This document shows positions 1 through 7,759 of a stretch of DNA of 52,864 bases, piece by piece. Both the position numbers and the translations under genes were made by a program. Origin of the DNA: an uncultured Candidatus Bathyarchaeia archaeon. GTDB lineage: Archaea > Thermoproteota > Bathyarchaeia > TCS64. Each line of letters begins with the position of its first letter. The first letter of the stretch is position 1. The stretch is taken from positions 11,139-64,002 of the forward strand of contig CAYWWV010000005.1 in assembly GCA_964462185.1 (NCBI GenBank), given 5' to 3'. Under the pieces are notes generated by a model, which was not told the DNA's origin, did not search any database, and worked only from the letters and a program-made list of their open reading frames with translations.

Positions 1-253
1 TGAGCATGGTTGCTGTGAGGAATATGTTGGAGATGTTCCTCAGTTCCTCTGTGAATTTCTTGAGGGTGGACATGTCCTCTGTCTCCACCTTTATAATGGC
101 GTCGTATTCGCCGTATATGAGGTCTACCCGCTGGACGTGGGGTAGTTTGGCTAACATCTGACAGGTTTCATCCTCTGTGCCTGTTTTGATGTTCATCATG
201 ATGTAGGCTTCCACACTCGTGTGCACATCTAGGCTGCTGTTCTTGGGGCTCAT
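1..253 (-). CDS. Lrp/AsnC-family ligand-binding (RAM) domain protein; C-terminus cut by the window edge
   Basis: My own minus-strand translation from the ATG at 253..251 gives MSPKNSSLDVHTSVEAYIMMNIKTGTEDETCQMLAKLPHVQRVDLIYGEYDAIIKVETEDMSTLKKFTEELRNISNIFLTATML. The pattern (AYI.v....G.e..v...l..lp.V..v..vyGeYDii.kVe..d...L) is the stand-alone AsnC_trans_reg fold. It is absent from the ORF track because it runs off the window. Confidence 0.7.
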   Translation of the reverse strand, partial: MSPKNSSLDVHTSVEAYIMMNIKTGTEDETCQMLAKLPHVQRVDLIYGEYDAIIKVETEDMSTLKKFTEELRNISNIFLTATML

Positions 254-632
254 CTTTTTTAAAGCACCAGACACCTAGACACCTACGCTATTAAAAAGGT
301 TATTCACAAAGGTCTCAACTCCTTTGATATTGGTTTTGCTTATATTGGAGGAATGGAGGGTTTTTTGTTGGATGTTCAGGGAGCGGCAGCGGGTGGGAGG
401 TTGAAGCGCAGGTTGGAGAAGGAGCGGAACCGCCAGCTGGAGTGTTGATGGAGGTGAGGCGTAAACGGGACAAACTGCGACGCCTGCTCCCAATATCAAA
501 ATCTTCTTCGCGTCCATTCTCACCGAGTAAAGGTCGGGTATACTTTATATAAAAGTTGCATGTGCACAAAATTCTTATCGAACAAGGGGAATTAATATCC
601 GATAACATCGATTAATACGAGGTGAATCTGCC

Positions 633-1328
633 TTGCATAAGAAAATCGGCATCCTGGGAGGATTAACCCCGGAATCCACGGTCACCTACTATCAACACAT
701 CGTCAGAAGATATCAAGAGCTTTTCGGTGACCACAGCTACCCGGAGATAATCATCTACAGCGTGAGTTTCCAGAAATTCGAGAACTGGATGGAAGAAGAA
801 GATTGGGAAAGCATAGAGAAGGCGCTTCTCAGCTGCCTGGAAAGCCTCAGCGCTGCAGGGGCGGACTTCGCCATCATCGCCACGAACACCATGCACATAG
901 TCTTCGACAAACTACAAGAACAATCACCAATCCCTCTAATCAGCATCATCGAAACGACCGCCGAGGCCATTGAAAGGGAGGGCGTGAACACGGTAGGCCT
1001 GCTGGGGACAAGATTCACCATGGAGAAGCCCTTCTACAGAGAGGAGCTGGAGAGACGGGGGATCACAGTCCTAGTACCGGAAAAGGTGGACAGGGATTAC
1101 ATAAGCAGGGTCATCTTCGAAGAGCTTTCAAGGGGCATACTCCGCCCCAGATCAAGAGAAAGATTCCTCAAAATCATAGAGGGGTTGATGCGAAGAGGGG
1201 CGCAGGGCATCGTACTTGGCTGCACTGAAATACCGCTACTAGTGACTCCGGAGCACACCTCGGTGAAACTCTTCGACACTGCAACCCTTCACGCGGAGAA
1301 GGCTCTAGAATACGCAATACAACATTAG
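633..1328 (+). CDS. Asp/Glu racemase family protein, YgeA-type amino-acid racemase
   Basis: The 231-aa ORF has a TTG start. It resembles E. coli YgeA/aspartate racemases along its full length: IGILGG..PEST, ATNTMH, LLGTRFTME, VLGCTEIPLL, FDTATLHAE. Confidence 0.85.
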   Translation: MHKKIGILGGLTPESTVTYYQHIVRRYQELFGDHSYPEIIIYSVSFQKFENWMEEEDWESIEKALLSCLESLSAAGADFAIIATNTMHIVFDKLQEQSPIPLISIIETTAEAIEREGVNTVGLLGTRFTMEKPFYREELERRGITVLVPEKVDRDYISRVIFEELSRGILRPRSRERFLKIIEGLMRRGAQGIVLGCTEIPLLVTPEHTSVKLFDTATLHAEKALEYAIQH

Positions 1329-1392
1329 CTGTCACACTGAAACCTGCGTATAATAACTGTGGAGAAGATAGATTAGCTAAGGGATAGAACAT

Positions 1393-2104
1393 ATGAAAAG
1401 TACGCGTGAAATCATAGAAATCTTCGAAAATGCATCGGCATCCTATGATTAATGGTACGGTAAGCCCGTCGGTGTCTACGCTTTCCGTTCAGAACTCGTT
1501 GGGCTAGAGGCCCTGTTACCCCATTCAGGGTTAGGCATCGATATAGGAGCTGGCACTGGCATCTTCGCCAAATATCTCTCAACAGATGAGAGAAGTGTAG
1601 TATGCTTAGACCCCTCCTCGGGCATGCTCAAAGAAGCGAAAAAGAGGAATTTACCATTCGATCATAGCGACGGCTGAAGCCTCACCTATAAGGCGTGGAA
1701 GCCTAGAATTTGCCTACATGGTCACAGTGTTGGAGTTCCTGCCAGAACCGTTAAAGGCGCTATGCTCGGTAGGCCAAATCCTCAGAGAAGATGCACCTCT
1801 AGTGATTCTGCTGATCAATCGGGATAGTTCTTGGGGAGAGCATTATTCCAAACTCGCAGAAAAAGGAGACCATATCTTTAGAAGGGCAATGCTATACACG
1901 CTTAGTGAGGTTTCCTCCTTTCTGAAGGAAGCGGGCTTTGAGCCTGTGGAGTCGGTGGGCACGCTAACTAGCTCTCCTGATGAGACTAAGGAGGAATACC
2001 AACTTGTCCCGATCAGGCGGGGCGTCGGAGTAATCCTCATCAAGGCCAAAAAGGCACTTTCAGATACAGATAGCTCCCACCTGACTCAAGTGCGGACACA
2101 GTAA
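1393..2104 (+). pseudogene. Disrupted class I SAM-dependent methyltransferase (in-frame TAA plus a +1 frameshift)
   Basis: From the ATG at 1393 the frame reads MKSTREIIEIFENASASYD, then TAA at 1450-1452, then WYGKPVGVYAFRSELVGLEALLPHSGLGIDIGAGTGIFAKYL..VVCLDPSSGMLKEAKKRN (SAM motif I, DIGAGTG). That frame stops at 1675-1677. The homology continues in the +1 frame as IIATAEASPIRRGSLEFAYMVTVLEFLPEP... (ORF 1718..2104). Confidence 0.8.
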
Positions 2105-2134
2105 TGTTATCTTGCTCCGCGTTTATATCAATAC

Positions 2135-2485
2135 ATGATCAAAATGAAAGGTAAGAGTTCTCGCAAGGATTTGAAGGTGATAGTTCAGTTCACAACCTCT
2201 CCACTTGGGGAGGGAGTGAGCGTCTTTAGATTCGTGGCCGAGGCCTTGAAGGAAGTGGAGAGGTCGGGTCTGAGGTACCAGCTGACACCTATGGCGACGG
2301 TCCTGGAGGCTGATACGGTGGAGGAGGCTTTTGAGGTGATCTTGAAAGCTCATGAAGCTGTTTTCCGGGCTGGGGCGAAGAGGGTTGTGACCGATATTAA
2401 GATTGACGATAGAAGAGATGAGCCTCGGAGGATGGAGGATAAGGTCGAGAAAGTGAAGAGACAGTTAGACGAGAAAATGCTTTAA
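2135..2485 (+). CDS. MTH1187/YkoF-type (UPF0045) thiamine-binding family protein
   Basis: The 116-aa ORF contains VIVQFTTSPLGEG.SV..FVAEALKEVERSGLRYQLTPMATVLEA...EEAFEVILKAHEAVF.AGAKRVVTDIKIDDRRD, which is typical of the family. Confidence 0.75.
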   Translation: MIKMKGKSSRKDLKVIVQFTTSPLGEGVSVFRFVAEALKEVERSGLRYQLTPMATVLEADTVEEAFEVILKAHEAVFRAGAKRVVTDIKIDDRRDEPRRMEDKVEKVKRQLDEKML

Positions 2486-2677
2486 TCGTTATCTGCTTGA
2501 AAAGGTTGGATGGCGAATCTGGGCAAAGTCCATCGTCGTAGTTTATACCCCGGTGTAACTCGTTATTATACTCAAGTAAAACTATCCGATGCTTCGATCT
2601 TTTTACGAATAGATGATGGTCCTCGAATAAACCATAATGGATCAACTTCCAGTTATGAGTGTTGTAGAGCATCCATC

Positions 2678-3448
2678 TTATTTGGCCCTGTAAGTTACAA
2701 ACTTGGCGGCTTGTCTCAGTTGAGGCGTGCCGCCTCCCTCCCCTATGATCTGCATAGCTCTATCTGGATGAAAAATTCTGACTCCTCCGATGAAGCTGAC
2801 CCCCTTTTTGAATAGTGGGTCAGGGATGCAGCTGGCGGTTGGACCCACCAAAGCCACCCTTCTCGCGTTCTCTGCGAGTTCTAAGAGGCGATCTACAGTG
2901 CCGTTGGCGAGGGAGCTTCCCGTTATGATCACGATATCCGCTTCTGGGAGTATCTCCTCGCAGGCGGTATCTGGAAGTATCCCTTTCTCGCGTTGGAACC
3001 CACGCTCAAAAATATACAACTGCTTTGCTTTGGAGTTTAAAATGGGTGTGAAAGGTTTGATGAGCCCGACTAGAGCCACAACTTCCTCGCGACCTACTTC
3101 GAGGATGTCGATGAGGTTTCTCTCCTCGAAGGCGTATCTATCGGGGTGGATTTCAAAGACAATTTGTGAGAGCGCGTTCATCGTTGCTATGCCGATCACA
3201 CGTTCTCCAAGGTCCCAAGAACTAGTCAGGCTTAGGAGGTCTAAAGCAGGTCTACCAGCAAGCGTCCCAGCTTGCTTGATTATCTTGCAGCAGGTTGTCG
3301 CCATCTCGGAGAGGAGGCTGTGGCACACCCCCATCTGTCCTCCCTCCAGCTTAACGCCCGTGTATCCCAACCCTAAACACACCCTATCGATTCGGATGTC
3401 CTCGATGTTGGGAACGTTATGGATGAGAAGGTCTACCACCTCCTTCAC
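2678..3448 (-). CDS. DUF4213/DUF364 domain protein (Rossmann-like, putative metal-chelation family)
   Basis: The 256-aa ORF has an N-terminal LGLGYTGVKLEGGQMGVCHSL region and a C-terminal VALVGLIKPF...IVIITGSSLANGT...VALVGPTAS region, matching the DUF4213+DUF364 architecture. Confidence 0.7.
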   Translation of the reverse strand: MKEVVDLLIHNVPNIEDIRIDRVCLGLGYTGVKLEGGQMGVCHSLLSEMATTCCKIIKQAGTLAGRPALDLLSLTSSWDLGERVIGIATMNALSQIVFEIHPDRYAFEERNLIDILEVGREEVVALVGLIKPFTPILNSKAKQLYIFERGFQREKGILPDTACEEILPEADIVIITGSSLANGTVDRLLELAENARRVALVGPTASCIPDPLFKKGVSFIGGVRIFHPDRAMQIIGEGGGTPQLRQAAKFVTYRAK

Positions 3449-4438
3449 TACTGTGGTGATCTGTCTTCACCTCCCATGAAGTATGTTAAACATAGGTAAC
3501 AAAGAAGCGTTTTAATGTTCTTGTAGGGCAGAGGAAACATAGACCATTCCTTCAGAGAACGACTAGAAGTATCCATATGTTTAGCCTACGATCTTTATCG
3601 TGCCATCTATGGCTTATATATAGTTGGCTCCGAAGGCTTCTTTGAGTAGTCTCCGCTAGGTAGCCGCTGCAGTCGCAGGGAGTCCCCTTCCTAATATTTA
3701 ACTCCTTTATCTGAAAGAGGATGCGGTTTATCTCTTCCTCTGGTTTAGAGGCGAGGTGTATTTCTTCTCCAGTGAGCTCCTTTCCCGTTTTACGATGTTT
3801 ACAATCCTGGGATGGGCGCAGCTAGTGACCAGCACCAACCCTCGTCGCCACCATAAGAGGTTGCTCCTTTATGGCTCTTCATGGGACGCCTGCCGCCGCG
3901 ACGTAATCATGGACCTTGACCGTCTCACACACCTCCCCTACCACGCCTCCACGCCTCTCCACATCAGCCTTAAAGTTAGAAGGGAAGGAGGCTGTGAGAA
4001 AGCCCGTTAAGGTGTTATTTTGTTTTAGTACGGCGTTTAGGCTTCTGGTGTGGTTGCTGTGGATGTGGGTGGGGGGGGGCGGCTTGTATGCTTCTTACGT
4101 CGACGCCCTGCTTAGCCATGTTCTCGGATGGGCGTCTTATGTCTTCGGTGGTGTCGAAGAGGGCTTTGGAGTCGTTTTGGGGGATAGGGTAGGAGAAGCT
4201 CTAGGCAGTTCTCAGCATCGGGTCGAGGGGTTGTTGTAGAGGAGGGGTAGAGTTTCATCGCTTTTCAAGTTTGAGCTGCCCTTCATTAGAGGGGTTTCTA
4301 GCTGGCCTAGATATAGATTTGATGTGGTAGATGGCCAAGACTGATGGCGATAAGAGTGAAAGCCAAAAAGAAGAGGTTTCTGTTATTCACCTTTGTATTG
4401 GTGGTCGGGTTCCTTTATTTGTGATAGCGGTTTTTCCG

Positions 4439-5287
4439 TCATAGCATTCTTATTCCAAGCATGAGCAGTATCCCTGTTATGAATGTGAAGAAGTGCACCA
4501 AGTTTCTCCCGACTCTTTCTTTATGCTTTATTTCAGGAATCAGATCAGAGGCGGCTATATAGATGAAGTTCCCCGCCGCAAATGGCAGCATATGAACGGC
4601 GGCGCTCCCTATAAAGGTGGAGAGATAGTATCCCACCACCCCTCCGATGATCACCGTGATCGCCGATGCGTAGTTCCAGATTAGGGCATTACGTTTTTGA
4701 AAGCCGCCGTAGACCAGTACGCCGAAGTCCCCTATCTCTTGGGGAATCTCGTGCAAGGCTATGGCGAGGAATGTGACTATTCCCACGTTGAAGCTGATCA
4801 TGAAGGAACCAGCGATTACCAGTCCGTCGATGAAGTTGTGCACTATATCGGAGATCAGAACTAGATAGGAGACCGGTTTCTTCTGATGTATACCAGAGTG
4901 GTCATGGTACCATGCGATGAACTGTTCCAAGATGAAGAAGGTACAGAAGCCTAAGAGGAGGTATGCGAAGAGGTTTGTGGTGGCTGATGGATCGGATCCC
5001 ACTTTAGAGATGGATTCGGGAAGTAGGTGGAAGAATGCTCCGCCCATCAGGCCTCCGGCGGATAGAGCCACGAGGATCAGTAGGATGTCATCCAACGTCT
5101 CTTCTCTTAGAAATAGGGTTAGAGATCCGATCCAGGCTATCAGACTTATGATAAATGTGGATCCGATTATCCAAAATAAGGGGTTCATCGATTGAACAAC
5201 CTTCGGGTGTTTACTTGCGACACTGCGCTTTAAGAATCTATAGTTTTTTTCAATCGCCTTCGAGTGGAGATCCTGGCTCATACTCAA
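4439..5287 (-). CDS. ZIP family divalent-metal transporter
   Basis: The protein is multi-TM with HNFIDGLVIAGSF and ALHEIPQEIGDFGVL signature helices. The annotated 5' end overlaps the upstream regulator by 38 nt, so an alternative start at M34 (5188, MNPLFWIIG) is plausible. Confidence 0.85.
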   Translation of the reverse strand: MSMSQDLHSKAIEKNYRFLKRSVASKHPKVVQSMNPLFWIIGSTFIISLIAWIGSLTLFLREETLDDILLILVALSAGGLMGGAFFHLLPESISKVGSDPSATTNLFAYLLLGFCTFFILEQFIAWYHDHSGIHQKKPVSYLVLISDIVHNFIDGLVIAGSFMISFNVGIVTFLAIALHEIPQEIGDFGVLVYGGFQKRNALIWNYASAITVIIGGVVGYYLSTFIGSAAVHMLPFAAGNFIYIAASDLIPEIKHKERVGRNLVHFFTFITGILLMLGIRML

Positions 5288-5819
5288 CCACTGTAAGGCC
5301 TGCGACCATCGTCCTAGTGATCTCAGGGTTGAAGGGGATTTTGCTGATGGTGTAGTTGGCTAGTATTCGTCCTGTTTGGGTTAGGGTTACGGGTACGCCT
5401 TTATGGTCCTTGGTTCCTGCGTGTATTAGTTGGGCTTCTCTCAGCCTGTTGAGGTTCCATCTGACTGTGGATTCTGGTATGCCTAGTTCTTTGCTGAGTT
5501 GTTTGATGAGGTTGGTGTAGACCTCTTTCTCCCGGTATTTGGTTGTGAGCCATTCAAGTATGGTTTGTTGTTTGGGGTTTAGCCGTGTTTGGGCTGCGGC
5601 TTGGAGGGCTTTGTCCAGCTGGTGCAGCCTGTTTCTGTGGAGCCTCACCTTCTCCTCTAACCGTTGTAGTGTTTGGAGGAGGTTCTTTAGGTTGGGTTGG
5701 GGGGTTGCTTGTTTGGAGAGCTTGGCGATCTCGCGTTTTATCTCTTGGATGTTTCTCAGGATTTCGCCTAGCTCGGGGGTTGGGTTCAGTTCTTCTTTAT
5801 GGGATGAGAATATACACAC
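5250..5819 (-). CDS. Winged-helix transcriptional regulator with an N-terminal coiled coil
   Basis: The 189-aa ORF has a heptad-rich N-terminal half. Its C-terminal half reads LIKQLSKELGIPESTVRWNLNRLREAQLIHAG...GVPVTLTQTGR, a helix-turn-helix plus wing. Confidence 0.6.
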   Translation of the reverse strand: MCIFSSHKEELNPTPELGEILRNIQEIKREIAKLSKQATPQPNLKNLLQTLQRLEEKVRLHRNRLHQLDKALQAAAQTRLNPKQQTILEWLTTKYREKEVYTNLIKQLSKELGIPESTVRWNLNRLREAQLIHAGTKDHKGVPVTLTQTGRILANYTISKIPFNPEITRTMVAGLTVVEYEPGSPLEGD

Positions 5820-5833
5820 CTGTCATGTTTACA

Positions 5834-5855
5834 CCCCGACAGGGGTATGTCGGGG
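5834..5855. promoter_or_regulatory. Perfect 8-bp-stem palindrome (CCCCGACA ggggta TGTCGGGG) 15 nt upstream of the wHTH gene start
   Basis: Read directly from the sequence. It could be an operator, or a terminator hairpin for the converging leu transcript. Confidence 0.35.
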
Positions 5856-5973
5856 TTGGGGGTTAAAAGTCTTTCTAAGGGGGGTTTTTGCCCGGTTTTT
5901 TCACGTTTATTGTGTGGTGTTTAGGCTGTTTTTCGGGGTGTTTCGTCTGGAGTGCGCTGGGATCGAGTGATTC

Positions 5974-5995
5974 GGGTGACCCCCCCTCCCCCCCT
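5974..5995 (+). repeat. 22-nt C-rich repeat GGGTGACCCCCCCTCCCCCCCT, copy 1
   Basis: It is the exact reverse complement of 34834..34855. It lies at the low-GC/high-GC junction, 18 nt from the leuD stop. Confidence 0.9.
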
Positions 5996-6012
5996 TGGTG
6001 GGTGGGGGTGTG

Positions 6013-6501
6013 CTACCAGTCGTCCAGGTGTTTCTTGATGTATTCTCGAAGGCCGCCGGCTTGGAGTATCTCCATCATGAATGGTGGTATGGGTTTGAAT
6101 TCCAGTTTTTTCTGGTTGTTGAGGGTGATCTTTCCTTGGGTGATGTCGATTTCCACCTGGTCGCCTGTTTGGATTAGTTTGCTGGCGTTGGGGAGTTCTA
6201 TGGTGGGTAGGCCCAGGTTTATGGCGTTGCGGTAGAAGATGCGTGCAAAGCTCTCGGCCACGACTGCGGAGATGCCTGCGTGTTTCAGGGCTAGGGGGGC
6301 GTGTTCGCGGCTGCTTCCCAGTCCGAAGTTTCTCCCGCCTACTATGATGTCGCCTGGCGATGCTTTTTGGGGGAATTCGGGGTCTAGGCCTTCCATGGCG
6401 TGGCGGCCCATCTCTTCGGGGTCGGTGAGCTCCAGGTATTTCCCTGGGAGGATGTAGTCGGTGTTCACGTCGTCGCCGAAGTTCCAGGCTTTGCCTTTCA
6501 T
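6013..6501 (-). CDS. leuD: 3-isopropylmalate dehydratase (or homoaconitase-type) small subunit
   Basis: The 162-aa ORF reads MKGKAWNFGDDVNTDYILPGKYL...GRNFGLGSSREHAPLALK..G..AVVAESFARIFYRNAINLGLP. The loop is YLELT rather than YLRT, which favours IPM isomerase over homoaconitase. That loop call is a tentative recollection. Confidence 0.8.
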   Translation of the reverse strand: MKGKAWNFGDDVNTDYILPGKYLELTDPEEMGRHAMEGLDPEFPQKASPGDIIVGGRNFGLGSSREHAPLALKHAGISAVVAESFARIFYRNAINLGLPTIELPNASKLIQTGDQVEIDITQGKITLNNQKKLEFKPIPPFMMEILQAGGLREYIKKHLDDW

Positions 6502-7757
6502 GGTTTGACCTCCCTGGGGTCGGTGATTGCTCCTTTTAGGGCTGACGCGGCGGCTGTGGCTGGGCTGGAGAGGTAGACTTGGGACTCGGGGCTTCCCTGC
6601 CTACCCTTGAAGTTCCTGTTGCTGGTGCTGAGGGAGACCTCTCCCGGGGCCAGTATGCCGTGGTTGCCGCCGAAGCAGACGCTGCAGCTGGGGTTGCAGA
6701 CGATGGCGCCAGCCTTGAATAGGGTGTCTAACACCCCTTTGTCCAGGGCGGACTGGTAGACCTCCCTGCTGGCGGGGGTGACTATGAGTCTCACGTCCTG
6801 GTGGACCCTGCCTCCTTTGAGGATTCTTGCGGCGGTTTCCAGGTCTTCGAGCCGCCCGTTGGTGCAGGACCCTATGAACACTTGGTTGATGGGGGTTCCC
6901 TCCACTTGGGCGGCGGGTTTCACGTTGTCCACGGAGTGGGGGCAGGCCACTAGGGGTTCCAGGCCCTCGGCGTCCACCTCCAGGGTGGAGGCGTAGGCGG
7001 CGTCTGGGTCTGGTAGGACTGGTTTGTACTGTTTTTTCACCCTGCCAGCGAGGAAGGAGTCCACCTTGTCGTCGGGGAGGCATATTCCTGCCTTCCCCCC
7101 TAGCTCGACGGCCATGTTGCACATGGTCATCCGCGAGGACAGGCTCATCTCTTCAACGGTGCTCCCGTGGAACTCCAAGGCTCGGTAGGTGGCGCCGTCG
7201 GCGCCCAGCCTCCCCGCTACGTGGAGGATTACGTCCTTGCTGGCGACCATGGTGGGCAGCGCCCCCTCCACCTGGACTCTGATGGTCTCGGGGACACGGA
7301 ACCAGAGCTTCCCCGTCCCCATGGCCGCCCCCATGTCGGTGCTGCCGATGCCTGTGGCGAAGGCTCCGAAGGCTCCGTGGGTGCAGGTGTGGCTGTCGGC
7401 CCCCACCAGGACCATGCCTGGGTATACGTGGCCGTGCTCGGGGATTACCTGGTGGCAGACCCCTGAGTCCACATCGTAGAAGTGTTTTAGGCCTTGGTGG
7501 CGGGCGAACTCGCGGCACTCCTTGTGTACGGAGGCGTTTTGGATGTTGGTTGCGGGGGCTATGTGGTCTAATACTATGGCCACCTTGGAGGCGTCCCAGA
7601 CCCTTTGGATGCCCATGTCCTCCATAGCCCTGAAGGCCAGGGTGGCCGTGAGGGCGGGCATGAAGGCGAAGTCGATGCGGGCCTTCACTATCTCCCCAGG
7701 CCCCACCGAGTCCAGGCCTGCGTGTGCAGCCAGTATTTTCTCCGACACCGTGCTCAT
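6498..7757 (-). CDS. leuC: 3-isopropylmalate dehydratase large subunit (aconitase family)
   Basis: The 419-aa ORF contains DHIAP, VGADSHTCTHGAFGAFATGIG, FIGSCTNGRLEDL and NRNFKGRQG motifs. It overlaps leuD by 4 nt. Confidence 0.85.
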   Translation of the reverse strand: MSTVSEKILAAHAGLDSVGPGEIVKARIDFAFMPALTATLAFRAMEDMGIQRVWDASKVAIVLDHIAPATNIQNASVHKECREFARHQGLKHFYDVDSGVCHQVIPEHGHVYPGMVLVGADSHTCTHGAFGAFATGIGSTDMGAAMGTGKLWFRVPETIRVQVEGALPTMVASKDVILHVAGRLGADGATYRALEFHGSTVEEMSLSSRMTMCNMAVELGGKAGICLPDDKVDSFLAGRVKKQYKPVLPDPDAAYASTLEVDAEGLEPLVACPHSVDNVKPAAQVEGTPINQVFIGSCTNGRLEDLETAARILKGGRVHQDVRLIVTPASREVYQSALDKGVLDTLFKAGAIVCNPSCSVCFGGNHGILAPGEVSLSTSNRNFKGRQGSPESQVYLSSPATAAASALKGAITDPREVKP

Positions 7758-7759
7758 GG

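Noticed and set aside
3756-4239. Track ORFs of 84 and 107 aa in the 1-kb gap, considered as real genes.
   Set aside because: They have no recognisable motifs, are interrupted by the G9 tract context, and have no plausible promoter box. I treat them as debris, though the region is flagged as a finding.
5888-6235. A 115-aa ORF covering the C-rich repeat and running antisense into leuD. Neighbouring ORFs 5539..5970 and 5585..5866 were considered with it.
   Set aside because: The translations are Cys/Trp/Gly-rich and low-complexity. They are antisense to the regulator gene and to leuD, and have no family resemblance.
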